From: the human T2T-CHM13v2.0 reference genome, Homo sapiens
NCBI RefSeq assembly: GCF_009914755.1
Contig: NC_060925.1
Length of the DNA: 64,000 nt
Reading direction: 5' to 3' (one strand)
The position numbers and the translations under genes are program-made. Below the pieces are notes generated by a model. It made no database searches, was not told the DNA's origin, and worked only from the letters and a program-made list of their open reading frames with translations. Shown piece after piece: positions 13,837 to 28,853 of this stretch. Numbering within the stretch: position 1 is the stretch's first letter; each line of letters starts with the position of its first letter.

Positions 13837-16209
13837 GAGCCCTTTATTATCACATAGAAATCTGTGTTTTTAATAATGTGGTCCAAAGAAGCTTCCAAAA
13901 ATAATACAGTATGTTTTGTGGTGGTTGTTACTGTCTTGGCAGTAATATTACTTCAGATTTATCCATTGTTTAACACTCACAGTTGAACTGTGAAATGCGT
14001 TGTCAAATGCCACTTCCTTCTCTCTAGGCGTAACTAAAGACCTCACCTGTTACTAAGTCCTGTGCCCTTCAAAAGGTCAAACAGCACAGTAGAAGATCTT
14101 TGGAATTAGACAAAGCTCGAAACCTCCAAGGGTCCACAGACCACCCTCTAAGAATTGCTGCACTGAGCAAAAGATTTTTCTTCTATCTAACAAAACTCTC
14201 CTGTATTTCAATTTACTGATCAGTCACTCTTCTAGTAAAAGAGATTTCAGCTTGCTGTTTGGGCCATAGAAGGTACAAAGCCACTGTGATACAAGGGAAA
14301 ACGACTGCTCTTCTTCTACTGTACATACTGAACTCTGAGAATTAAGGCCTTAGTTCTAAATATGTCCTTGACAGGTGGCAGAATGGTATTTTGGGACTGC
14401 TTTATTGTAAGTCAATTTAACCTTATGAAAATATTCCAGATGTCATAGACACACCCATAGCTGTTTTGATGAGTTCACTTTCAGTGAAACAGAGTGGTTT
14501 TGTCTATTTGAGAAGATGACTGGATTGTCACTTTTCAAATTATTGTCTTGGCATATACCCGAAAAACATTGGGGCTGCAGTATTAGCCAGAGTCTAGGTT
14601 GACATCCTCACTATTCGCCTTAAGACAAAATTAATATGCCTAAAGCATTCTTCCCCTGTTTTAACATATCCATTAGATCCTTTTTGTCCACAGAAAGGTC
14701 CAGACTTCTTAGACTGGCCTTCTGGTCTTTCCCATTTCCCGCCACACTCCCATGTCAATCTTTGGCTCCAGCCACACCTGCATCCTTATTATCGCTTGAG
14801 CTGGTCGCACTTTGCCAGCCCTTTCACTTGAAATGTCTTCTCCCCTATTAATCATGCCCCAAGGTCAGGGTTAAGTTCTAGCTCCCTGAGAACTCCGCTG
14901 TAATCACCATCCTTCCTCCTCTGCGCTCCTCCTCCCTTGTGTCTACATCATTCATTTGGGTACTACTTAATGACTAGAACAACAAATATTTGTTGGAATA
15001 ATGAATTCTTTAAGAAGCAGTGTGGTCTGTTTCCATAACAACCAAAATTGCAATTGGAATTCCTGGCCTAGAACTGACAAGCAGCTTGTTGCTGCTGTGG
15101 CTGTTTCTTGCAGGATGGTTTTCATGTTAATTAGGAGCCTAATCAGATGCTCCTTTCTCCATGAAGCTGCTACCCTCTCACTGAGAGCAAGCAAAAGCAA
15201 CTTTTCCCCTGAGCTGGTGCTGTTTCTTGCTCATTTGCAGGGCAGTAGTCACAGGTGGGAGCAGGTGATAGCCCTGATGGTCATCTGAGTGGAAAAAATG
15301 TTCAGGGCAAGTGTACCATCTGCACCAAAGGGGAAGGTGGCAAGGACGGACCCAGTCCACCCTTTGAATAATGTGTGACTATATATTCTTGTTCCCGAAG
15401 AAAGCAGCTCAGTAGCTGTTTATAAAGAAATACTTTTCAAAAAACAAAGAAGGGATTCCCACAGGGTAGGACCAGATGATCCAAAGGATTGAAAAAGATT
15501 CTATGGACTTCAGTTGTTCACATACAAGATATAAGAACCTGCACTGATATACAAGACAGGAGCTCAATCACTTCTGAAAACTGAAAATTATTTGGAAAAT
15601 GTAAAAATAGCCTTTAAAGGGCCTCATTATGTCCCACTAACAGGTTCCTACAGTTTTTCACAACCTTTTCTGGTACATTTCTTTCCTTTTTTCTTTTTTT
15701 TTTTTTTTAAATCTCTTGATCATTATTTTGCTATGAGCCCATTTATTCTGGCGTCTTTTTCCCTTCTCCATTTTTCATTGCCTGCCTATGCCCAAAATGT
15801 GACATAATCTAAATTCCTACTAATTTATATCCAAAGCTTGGGTAGAAGTGCTCCAATTTGGGAAACACATCTGACTTTTCAGGTGAGGTATGGTATTAAC
15901 AACATAATGATCAAGACATCATTCAAAGGCCATAGCTTTCAATGTGTCTGGGACACACGTGGCCTGGTGTACATTGGCATTGATGCTGTGATAAACTGTT
16001 TTTAAGTAGTGAACTTTGGGAGGTATTTTGGCAATATTTTATGTTAATTTGTGCATTTTTAACCACTACAAAAATAGTCCTATCTATTTTCCTAAGGAAA
16101 ACTGGAGTAATAAGAATTTTTGCTTAAAACTCAATATTGCAATGCCTGGCACTATTTCATTATAGCCATGTTGCCATTTCATTATTGCCTTATTATTAAA
16201 AAAACATGA

Positions 16210-16518
<309 letters not shown>

Positions 16519-17965
16519 ATGAATTGATTATTTAAAGTATCTACCTGCTGCTTAACATGAGCACTTTTGATGGAATTGACCCACGTATTTGGTTAAATTA
16601 AATATGAAAGAACTCGGATTATTTTAACTCAGTGTAGCTGTAATAGCAGTCAACATTTATTGAGCAGTTAACACGTACCAGACACTACATAAAGCACTTT
16701 ATAATGTTATCTTATTGAATGCTCCTATCCATCTTCTGGAGTAAGCACTATTACTCTCCTGATTTTTCAAGTAAGACATTAGGGAGTTCAGTTATTAGAT
16801 ACTAAGTGGTGGATCTGGAGGTTGAAAGCATGGATTTTTGCAAAAAACACTGCCTGTTGTTTTTGTTTTTTCTTGAAGTGACAGGCTTTATTTATTTTCA
16901 AGAAAATTTCTGCCAGATTCTCAAGTCTGAAAAAAACCACAGTTCGTTTGTTAGATGCTCTTTCAGAAAGTAGATACAGTGTTCACTTTTAAAAGCAACT
17001 GATTCAGCTACTTAAATAATCACACAAGTGCTTTTCCCAAAACAAAAGCAAAAACCATAGGTGTGCTAAAGGGCCTTATGCGTATTTCCCATTTTGTCAC
17101 ACAAAATATTAAAATGATGTGTGCTTAAGGGTAAAAATTAAATAAAATGTGTCTTTTTTACTGCTTCATCAAGGGCATTCTTATGTAACATTGGCATTTT
17201 CTTTCTTTTCTCTGTTTTTTACTGTGAGTACATGGTAATGAAGCACACAACTAGTACAGCAGGACTAATAACACTGTTGCCGTGCACCACAGGTTTACAA
17301 CCATTGCTTCTGCACCACCTCCGAAATGCTAATAACCTCTTAGTGTTATAATGAATATAGGGGACCTCTAATGTCTGTGGACCACACTTTGAGAACCACC
17401 ACCATGGGGTTACTTGGGGGTTGGGGTGGGTGTGTTGAGCACATACATAGGACAGAGAGAAACCCCAGATTTAGCACTTAGGGATCTCAAAGGGAAAAAG
17501 TTCCTTGTGCCTTTCCAAGCAAATAACCTCAAAAATGTGAGGAAGATGTCAGGGGGAAAATAGCGCATCTGCTGAAAGCCCTGTTTCTCTGGGCTCCTGT
17601 AGGCCTGGAAAAAGTTCTGAGTGTTTCTCTGTGCCCAGTAGTGCAAGGGATAACTAAAAGGAAAGTCTGTGCACTTGTCAGAAGAAGACAAAGAGGACTG
17701 TAGCAGGAGGTCCCAAAGCAGGGGGCTGGATGGAAGGTGGAGGGGGTACAGCCTAGGGGAGCAACAGCACCAGGAAGAACGAGAACTGAAGGGAGGGCAA
17801 AGAAAACCTGCAAGGTGGGAGAATGGCCCTGACATGGAGACTGAACTTTGAACTGGACTATCAAGGTTATCAGAAATCACTGGATTGGACTAAGAAAACC
17901 CAGACTGGATTTGATTGTGTTTCCACTCTGAAGTGAAATCAGGCAGCTCATGAGCTAGGGGCAGG

Positions 17966-18471
17966 TGTGATGGTTAATTTTAGGTGTCAACTTGACTGGG
18001 TTAAGGGATACACAGCTAGCTGGTAGAGCATTATTTCTGGCTGTGTCTGTGAAAGTATTTCCAGAAGAGATTGGCATTTGAATCAGTGGACTGAGTAAGG
18101 AAGATCCACCCTCACCAGTGTGGGTGGGCACCATCCAATCTGTTCTGGCTCAGCTAGAACAAAAAGGCCGAGGAAAGATGAATTTGCTCTCTCTCTTCTG
18201 GAGCTGGGTCATCCATTTTCTCCTGCCCTTGGACACCAGCAGCCCCCCCCAGGTTCTCAGGCCTTTGGACTCAGACTGAACTATACTCCCCCACCTTCCC
18301 TGTTCCTCTGCTTATAGAAGGCCTATTATGGAACTCCTTGGCCTCTATAATGGAGTGAACCAATTCTCATAATGAGCCCATATGTATATATGGGCTTATA
18401 ATGGGAATAATAAGCAACAGGATATATACGTCCAGTCGCTTCTGTTTCTCTGGAGAACCCTGACACATACA
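17966..18471 (+). mobile_element. MLT2-family (B/C/D-like) solo LTR
   Basis: TGTGATGGTTAATTTTAGGTGTCAACTTGACTGG...GGAGAACCCTGACACATACA; TSD gcagg/gctgg. Confidence 0.85.
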
Positions 18472-19699
18472 GCTGGGATCACCTACAAAATAAGTTGCCA
18501 TCTGACTCTCCAGCCTTTGGCCTGGCCCAACTGGAGCACTGTTCCAGCTCCAAACACAGACACCAGATCTCCACAGTTCTTTCTCTCCTGAAGGGATGCA
18601 GACACAAGGGCCTCTTTCACACTCTTCCAGGCCCGACACCTGTATTTTCAAAGTCCAGGCCATTCAGGATGGTAGAGTAAAGAAAAAGAGACATTGGACT
18701 ACTTTCCAAGAGACCCTCAAATGCATTTACCAACTAATGAGATATCTTTCTAATGTTGGAGAAATGTGGGCATTTTGTGGTGACAATGAACCTACTTAAT
18801 GATACAAACCTTTTCACTGCAAAAGGGTTCCAAGTAATGTTGAACTAGAATGCAATGCATTCTTCATTTAATCAAAGCAAATTAATAAGCCTTTATCAAG
18901 GGCTTATTATGGTCAAAGAACCGTGAAATTCAAAAAGACATAAAACAGTCCTTGCAACACTGCATGACATGGCAGGAATTTAGGACTCATCTAGAAGGGC
19001 AAATTACTGCTAAACAGAAAAGAGCCCAAGTACATGAGGTTACCAGTAAAGGGAATGGAGGCCTCATACTCATTGTGTCCCTACCCATTGGTTGAAATCT
19101 TTGGAAGCACTATTAATTCACCAGCTGAGTCACCTGATGAAGTTTTAGGTATTTGGCCTGTTCACTAAAGGCTAAGTGTATTCAAGGAAATGGCCAATGT
19201 TCCTTGTCTGTGTTATCCTGGTTATTGATTAGCAATTGAGTTAAGGGACATCTCCAGGCTGACTCACTGAGAGCCTCTTTTGCTTGTTTAGAGAGCCACT
19301 CTGAATGATCAGGGGGCAGTAGCAGATGCTGCAGGATCTAGCAGGCCCCAGCACTGGAGAGGAGAGAATACCCAAAGTCTTGTGTTTGTATCCAAGTTCT
19401 GTGTACCCTTGGGCCAACCCCTTATCTCCTCTGGATTTCTTTTAAAATAACAAAATCTCTGTCAACTCCAAATTTGAGCGACTAACAAGTTAACACATTG
19501 TTAACTGTTCTCTTAATTGGAAACTTGTACAACAGAGACATAGCCCAAGGAAGTGAAGCATGAAGGCAATTAAATAAGTCAAAAACCCCATCCTCTAGCC
19601 TAAAATATTCATTTTTATTACCTAATAGCAAGATTAAAACTAACATATACTGGTGACTTACTGTGTTCCAGATACTGTGCTGTCTTCATATGCAGTATC

Positions 19700-19995
19700 T
19701 TTTTTTTTTTTTTGAGACGGAGTCTTGCTCTGTTGCCCAGGCTGGAGTGCAGTGGCTCTATCTGAACTCACTACAAGCTCCGCCTCCCAGGTTCACGCCA
19801 TTCTCCTGCCTCAGCCTCCCGGGTAGCTGGGACTACAGGTACCCGTCACCACGCTCGGCTAATTTTTTTGTATTTTTAATAGAGACGGGGTTTCACCATG
19901 TTAGCCAGGATGGTCTCAATATCCTGACCTCGTGATCTGCCTGCCTCGGCCTCCTGAAATGCTGGGATTACAGGTGTGAGCCACCGCACCTGGCC
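19700..19995 (-). mobile_element. AluY inserted into a MIR
   Basis: caagctccgcctcccaggttcacgccattc; TSD catatgcagtatctt; MIR sequence on both sides. Confidence 0.9.
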
Positions 19996-21581
19996 CCCAT
20001 ATGCAGTATCTTATTTAGTCCTCACACCAGTCATCAGCACTCATATTCTTCCCCATTTTACAGGGAAGAAATGGAAGAAATCAAGGCTCAAAAAGGTTAA
20101 ATAACTTTCCCAAGGTTACACAGTTAATAAGTGACAGAATTGAGACTCAGACCCAAGTTTCTCAGACATCAAAGCCCATGCTCTAGAAGTTTCTGTAAAA
20201 GCAAGGAAACCAAAATGTAGGTGAAGTTGTGGGAATATAGTGGGTGAGAGACGTTTGCCATAATTATTTGAATAAGTACTGCAATTTTCTGTTTTACTTT
20301 GCGCCTATGTATCTAGCCATTGGTGTCTGAAAACAAAGGTCAAATACGATAGCAAGTGAATATTAATGACAAAGACCTCTGTCTACCCCAGCCATGTTTC
20401 TCTCAAGTATGTAAAATTCCATTTTAACTTCAAAACAGGAAACAATTTGAACCCATAAAAGTACCCTAAACCATCACTGAAAGTACAGTGATTTTAGAAT
20501 TTATGCTATGTCTTTTACCGTAAAGAAATAGCATAGGCACTTGTTTTGTGAGCACTGCCAAAACTACTTCTGAGGGCCATTGGCAGCAATCAGCAAGTGT
20601 TTGAGCGTGTGATGCTGAGTGGGTCTGAGGGAACCTGGTCATGCTGAGATTTTCTCTGTGGGTGGGATGGAGAAGCTCCCCTGTATACTGATCTCAAACA
20701 GTGGCCTAGTATGGAGGTGGAGGGGGAAAATCCTACACAAGCAGATATATAGACTTAAAGGGGGGTGCTTAAACTCCCCACATGATAAAGATATTCTCTC
20801 TCTGCTATAGTACATTCATCCGTTAGGTATATATGGCTTTGGGTGAATTTTGTTAGTTCATTTGACACATTTATTGAGTTTCTACTATATATCAGCAAAA
20901 TGGCAGCCTAAGGATACAAAGATGAAAGGCAAGTCTTCCCAGTCTAAAGGAGCTCATGTTGTAGGGAGGAAGCCAACAAATAGCACAGCTTGGCACACGC
21001 AATGGCAGAGGCACAGGCAATGGGGAGCAAGACTGAAGTAGGGATCAGAGTTGAGAGAGGAAGTCAGAGCTGAGTCCAAAAGAAGAAAAGGAATTGGCCA
21101 AGTGCTAACTGGGAAGAAAGTGGGGGTGAGCCTAAGGCAAGGACTGAGGGAATGGTGTGTGCAGGAGGCAGCCTCAGAGATGAGATGGATGGGAAGTGGT
21201 AAGAGCAGAGCTGAAGACAAGGCAAAATCTGGGTCATGAGAGACTGTGATCCCAGGAGAGATAGTATGAACTTCATCCTGTGGCAGTGAGGTGCCATGAA
21301 GGCTTTTACTCAGTGACACATCATCAGCTTCCAACTTCAGATGGAGCACTCTGCCAACCAGGACAGGAAGCCTAGGCTTCAGCAGGAGGTCAGCCAAGGT
21401 CATCAGAATGGTCATTCAGGTAAGGAAAAAGGAGACAGTTGAGGTGAAAAAAGAAAAGCAGATCCAAGAGATTTAGGAGGCAGAATCAATGGACCATAAA
21501 GATCCATTATGGGAACAGGTGAATGAAAGGACCTGAGCATGTCTCAGAAGCAGCTGGTTTAGACAGCCACATGGATGGAAG

Positions 21582-22439
21582 TGAGAGGTGAAGCCAGCTG
21601 GGCTTCTGGGTTGGGTGGGGACTTGGAGAACTTTTGTGTCTAGCTAAAGGATTGTAAATGCACCAATCAGCACTCTGTGTCTAGCTAAAGGATTGTAAAC
21701 GCACCAATCAGCACTCTGTAAAAATGCACCAATCGGCATTCTGTAAAATGGACCAATCAGCACTCTGTAAAATGGACCAATCAGCACTCTGTAAAATGGA
21801 CTAATTGGCACGCTGTAAAATGGACCAATCGGCACTCTGTAAAATGGACCAATCAGCAGGATGTGGGCAGGGACAAATAAGGGAATAAAAGCTGGCCACC
21901 CCAGCCAGCAGCAGCAACCCACTGGGGTCCCCTTCCATGCTGTGGAAGCTTTGTTCTTTCGCTTTTCACAATAAATCTTGCTGCTGCTGATCACTTTTTG
22001 GGTCTGCACTGCCTTTATGAGCTGTAACACTCACTGGTGGCTTCACTCCTGAAGGCAGCAAGACCACGAACCCACTGGGAGGAACAAACAACTCCGGACG
22101 TGCCACCCTTAAGAGCTGTAACGCTCACTGCGAAGGTCTGCGGCTTCACTCCTGAAGTCCCCGAGACCATGAACCCACCGGGAGGAACAAACAACTCTGG
22201 ATGTGCCACCTTTAAGAGCTGTAACACTCACTGCAAAGGTCTGCGTCTTCACTCCTGAAGTCAAGCAAGACCACAAACCCACCGGAAGGAAGAAACTCCG
22301 GACACATCCGAACATGTGAAGGAACAAACTCCGGACACACCATCTTCATGAACTGTAACAGTCACCACGAGGGTCCGTGGCTTCATTCTTGAAGTCAGTG
22401 AGACCAAGAACCCACTGGAAGGAACCAATTCCAGAGACA
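21582..22439 (+). mobile_element. LTR12-family (ERV9) solo LTR, sense to AK5
   Basis: TGAGAGGTGAAGCC start, tandem CCAAT repeats, AATAAAA box, tandem U5 repeats; perfect 4-bp TSD GAAG; lies within L2-like sequence. Confidence 0.93.
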
Positions 22440-22511
22440 GAAGTGCCATGCAAAGAGAAGGAATTTGCAGAAGAAATAGAGTTTGAGAGACAGATGAGTT
22501 TAGTTTTAAAC

Positions 22512-22826
<315 letters not shown>

Positions 22827-25404
22827 TGAGATATCCAAGCAGTGATGTACATTAAACAAGAGATTTTTCACAGCTGACACCAAAAATACAAGTTCTGGCT
22901 ATAGACACAGATGTGAAGCCATGTGTGTGCAAGAAGTCACCCAGTGAACTTAGGGAGGGTGAGGCTGGAAGAGAGCTAAGACCTGAAACCTTCCCAAGAG
23001 CCCTGCCAGAGCCAGAGGAGAAGAGCACAGGGAGGAAAGGGGGATATCTAGAGCAAATGGCATCACAGCAGGCAAGGGAGGAAAATTTTCTTCTGGGAAA
23101 GGTTCACTAAAGTATAATGAAAATTGTCTGTGGGGTTTGGCAACAGGTGAGTTATTGGTGACTGGTGACAGCAGTTCCAGAGGAATGGGAAGGGGTAAAG
23201 CCAGACGGTTACGGGTGACTAGGAAGTAAGTAAATGGGGATCTGTACAGACAACACTTTCAAGAAAGTTGACTCTGAAAGAGTCTGAAAGAGACTGTTTA
23301 AAGCAAAGTGAATATTCAGGGTGGAATATTTTTAAAACGAGAGACTCAAGGTCATTTTTATAAAGAGGGAGGCATTACAGGCTCTAGTCAAAAGCAACAC
23401 TACATGAGTTCGAATGTCGGCTCCTACATGTACAGCTGTGTGACCTTGGGCATCATCCTTCCACTCACTGTTCCTCAGTTTCTTCACCTGTCATGTGGAA
23501 GTATTGATTGTATCTAGGTCATGGGGTTGATGGGAGAGTGAAATGAGTTAGCACATGCAGCAGGGCTCCTAGTGAATACAAACATTACCTGTCACTGTAG
23601 GTACTCTATGCAGAGTGAAGGGAGACATCCAATGAGAGGGAGAGAGTCTTGAGAAAAGGAGGATGAGGATGGGTTCAGAAGTGAATTGGAACAAGGAAAG
23701 GAACAAGATGAGGAAACCATAACAGAAGTTTAGAGGTTAAATTCCTGTTTGTTTCCTCAATGTTTCTTCCTCAACATTTCTTGTTAAAATTAAACACTCC
23801 CTAAGGGACTGAGCTGTTAAGTGGTGTTTCACCTACAACCAGCTGTAGTTGGCTGAGATCAATCAGTTGAAATGAGAATGTGTCTCTGAAGCCCTGGGCT
23901 TAAACTTGCCTATATGCTGCCATTTCCTCTAGCTGACACATTCTTGCAGTTGTCAACAACCCAGCCCTGTAGGAGACCATTTTACCATAGGAGATCATTT
24001 TTTGCCTTGAAGAATGAAGCAGAGTAACAAGCCAGTGATTAAGGAGTCAGTGACTATTTTGGCCCTCCAAATGTAACACTCACGAAGTATTTCCTTTCCA
24101 ACTTGCTCCAGGCTCCTCTGAACCAGGAGTCTGAGTGTTTTCTTAGCTGCAAATGAAAACATATTTAAACCAACCTTCAGGTGGTTAAGGCAAAAAAGGA
24201 CTCTTTCCTCTTGTAACAGAGTGTAGCTGTTTTGCTTTACTGTGACATGTTACTGCGACTCAGGTGATATTTTTTCTCATATTTGTCTGGGGCACTGACT
24301 CTGAAGATGTTCCTCCTGGTTCTGCCAGGCTGCAGGGAATCCCTTCAACTAGGAAGTGGATCACGCGTTACTGCCACGCATCCACCCATCACCACCGGCC
24401 CAGCGACCTTGGTGTAAAGTGCATTGAACCTATTTGGGCCAGTTGCGTATGACCCTGTTTGGACTATTGTAGTCAATGCAGGGAAAGCTGGTGGGGAAGA
24501 GCCACAAGCAGAACACCCTGGTTTTTTTGGAAGTCCTCAGCATGGTCTGGGTGGAGCCGTTGAGGCAAGCACTGAGACTGCCTCTCATTCCAACATCTGC
24601 TGTTGAGAAAGGAAGAGAATGTTCAGCAGTGAGAAACCTGGCCGAGGCCAGCCATCAGACTCCTAGAGAGACCCCTTGGGAACCTCTTCAGAGGACGATT
24701 TGCTAGAAGGCCAGTGATAGCCAGTTGATTGGAAGGTGACCTTTACTAAATCTCCTAGATGACAGAGACCATGCCCTTTTTCCTTTTTTTTTTTTTTTTT
24801 TTTTTTTTTGGTTTGCTTCTGCAGCACCTATCAGGATGCCTGGCATTTAGTAGGCATTCAGTATATGTCTTTAGAATGAATGAATGGAAAATGATGAAAG
24901 CTCAGATTAAGTTACTTCCCCCCAAGTTCCTCAAACTCAGGTGTGACTAATACAGACCCATTATCAGAAGCAAATGTACTAATCTGTCTTCCAGTAATAA
25001 CCATCTCAGAGCCATAATGATAAGAGCAGAGGCTTGAGGTAAAACAATGAGGCATGGCTATTTTTAAGAACTAACCATAACTAAGAAACTCTTCCTCTGG
25101 TCCTGAAGGATCAATGCGGAGTCTTTATAAAGTCTTTATGGCCCCTTCCCACAAAATAAATAAAACCAAAAAAAGAGATACAGCTTTTGGTAAATTTGGC
25201 TTAGTAAAGTAGCACACGGTTTCCGTATTAGACTCAGGTTTTAGTCCACCATTAGGTAGCTGGCACCATGAGGAAGCAAAGTCAAAATACAAAACAGATA
25301 ACAGTTATATTGATGATACAGGTCCCAAATGTCACCATCCTTCAAAGAATGGAGTGTGTACTGGAGTTGATGTGTTGATAAAGTGTCCATTAAAGACAAA
25401 AGAA

Positions 25405-25913
<509 letters not shown>

Positions 25914-26249
25914 TTACCAGGGGTAAGAGGACAAAGAAACCACAATGGTTGGAGTCTCTTCCTAGAAAAGCTGAGAACCGAGGGGAGTCTCAAAGAATGG
26001 ATGGGATTCCCTAAGTTTGAGAGAGGGCTGAGGAGAGAGGGATTGCAAGCAGGGAGATTCCAAGTTAGGAGCAAATCACAGCAGTAGGGCTATGCCCCTC
26101 GTAGCCCAGGAACGGGAAGGAGATGGGCCAAACCTTGAAAGGCCTAGATGCATGAATGTGATGTTGACTGAAGACCAGTCCAGAGCTGGTGAGCAGGGCA
26201 GGCAAGGAAACACCAGGAGGACAACTGCCCTCCACGAATTCTCCCATAT

Positions 26250-26579
26250 ACAGTCATGCATCACTTAACAACAGGGGTGCATTCTGAGGAATGCCTCGTC
26301 AGGCAATTTCCTTGTTATGAGAGCATCCTAGTGTGTACTCACACAAACCTAGACAGTGTAGCCTACTATGCGCCTAGGCTACATGGTATAGCCTATTGCT
26401 CCCAGGCTGCAAACCCATACAGCATGTTACCATAACAAATAGTATAAATACATAATAACACCACGGTAAGTATTTGTGTATTTCAGCATAGAAAAGACAC
26501 AGTAAAAATACAGTGTATTATAATATCATGGGACCATCCTTTATGCAGTTCATCATTGAGCGAAATGTTGTTATGCAGC
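26250..26579 (+). mobile_element. Tigger3a/MER7-like DNA transposon relic
   Basis: TA-cagtcatgcatcacttaacaacagggg...acacaaacctagacagtgtagcctac... Confidence 0.8.
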
Positions 26580-28029
26580 CCTTCTCCTTTTACTTTTTTC
26601 TTTTAATACTGTCCATGAATGTAAGGGTGGAAGGATGCAAATATAGAAAAAGGTTTACATTTAAAGTAGGGCTCAGGTCAAACAAAATTAGAGCCCTTGT
26701 CTTCTAGTCTTCTCCAAAGAAGAAAGAAACCTGAACTAAAATATTAGCCCCAGCACTGCACAACATCACTAGATAGTGTAAAATCAGAGACTGTGCCTAT
26801 TTCACTCACTCCTGTTTGGCAGGAGGAGCACAGAGCTCAAAGAGAGGTTAGTCTAGCTTAATTCCCTAATCAAGTCAAGAAGTGAGTCTTGAACATCACT
26901 GACAGATAACTATCTAGTCTTGACTTCAGTATTTTGAGTGTCAGGATATTCACTATCCTATTAATAATAGATGACTAATAACAATTGCCCCACTTGGAAC
27001 TTTGAATCAGTTAGGATTTTGTTTGGCTGAAAGTTTTTAAAAAAATAACTGAAGTTAAACAAGGTAGAAATTTATTTTATGTAAATTTTAGGTACAAGCA
27101 GTCATAGCAGTGGTATGACATGCTATGGCCTCAGAGACTCAGGTTCCCTATATTTTTCTGCTCCTTTGAGTGGCTTCTCCAGAGTTATCTCATGTCCCAA
27201 ATGGTTGCTGAAGCTCCAGCCCTTATGTCCTAAGCCCATTAAAAAGGAAAGAGGAAATGGGGCAGAAGAACTTGCTTCTTCCCTTTAAGGACCTGCCTGG
27301 AAGTTGCATTCACCAGTTCCACTAACATCTCATTGGTCAGGAGGACACTTTCACCTGCAAGGGAGGCTAATAAATGTAGTCCGTATTTCAGAGAGCCTTG
27401 TGCCCACAATAAAAATCATGAGGTTTAATTTTTTACAAAGAAGGAGAAAGTAGATAACATGTTTCTATGACAGAGTCTAATGTAGGCCTCCTCCTGGAAA
27501 ATCCAGGAAAAGTGGATTTGGCTTTTAAAAAAAAAGTTTTGATTTTTAATCTTCCCTGGTAGGACCATGCTCACCAAAACAATAGGAAGAAGATGCTCAT
27601 CTGTGGAGTGGCTGTTACCAACAATGTCCATGGCAGCAGCAGAGTTTAGCTGCACCTCCCAGAGACCTACAGTTTACTCTCAAAGTGAGAACATAGCAAG
27701 TAGGCAGAAGCTGCACCCCTGCTTTTGAAGTCCTTCTTTTGGAGCTGCCCAACAATCCCTCTTGGACTACTCACCAAAGCCCCAGGAATGCCACCCCCTC
27801 TCACACCCTGCTGTGGTATAGGTGAACTCAGGTGGCACTGTCCTAGCCTTGAGCCCTAGTAGAAGACGCTGGCTGCATCCACTTGGTCTCCCCAGCAGAG
27901 GAGATGGTGTGTTTCTATTGGGCATCTGTTGTCCATAGGAAAGTCTTCCTAAGACTGCGTCAAAACCTGCTCTGTCAGAAATTCCAATATTTAGGCATTT
28001 CTGTCTGGTGTCCTAGGCTCTATATCTAG

Positions 28030-28526
28030 TACATAATTAAAATCACCTATCAGGTTTTTCACCAAAGATAAAAATTGCTGAGAGTTAACATTGTAACATG
28101 TAATTAAGACTACTAAAAACCATCAGTTTCACATGCCAGGCCTGTGAGGAAGTGAAATGTGCTTTTAGTAAAAGATTATAAGAAGATACGGGAATGTACA
28201 TTTTTGCCTAGTTTAGAGGGCTAAAGGATTGTTTTAAATTAGATATGATAAACCTAAATGTTTGAGCAAGTTTTGGAAGGTTTGTGAAAAATTAATTGTA
28301 AAAGAGATTCTGTGTATGAACATATTGGCTAAATTTAAAGGGGTATTATTCAGTTTTTTCCATGCTTTTGGAATAAAGCACAACATGGTTTTCTTAGAGC
28401 ATGGATCTGCTCTTTAACAAGAATTTGTAAAGGGTTATAAAAGGTTTATGAGAAGCTCACCTTATGGTTAAACTGATTAAGACTGGATAGATTTGTCTAT
28501 AAGGTTTTATTAAAAATTGGGGTGGA
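28030..28526. mobile_element. ERV1 (MER4-group) internal-like fragment
   Basis: AT-rich sequence resembling non-autonomous MER4-group internal regions; recognised by eye only. Confidence 0.45.

Positions 28527-28853
<327 letters not shown>

Noticed and set aside
17410-17880. 156-aa minus-strand ORF in non-Alu sequence
   Set aside because: Ser/Pro/Leu-rich with no recognisable domain and a non-ATG start; consistent with a chance ORF.
21644-22030. Repetitive ORF (IGPFYRVL)n
   Set aside because: Antisense reading of the 24-bp LTR12 CCAAT repeats.
24240-24720. CpG-containing, possibly LTR-like or exon-like segment
   Set aside because: I could not assign a family, TSD or coherent frame with splice sites; a Dfam search would be needed.
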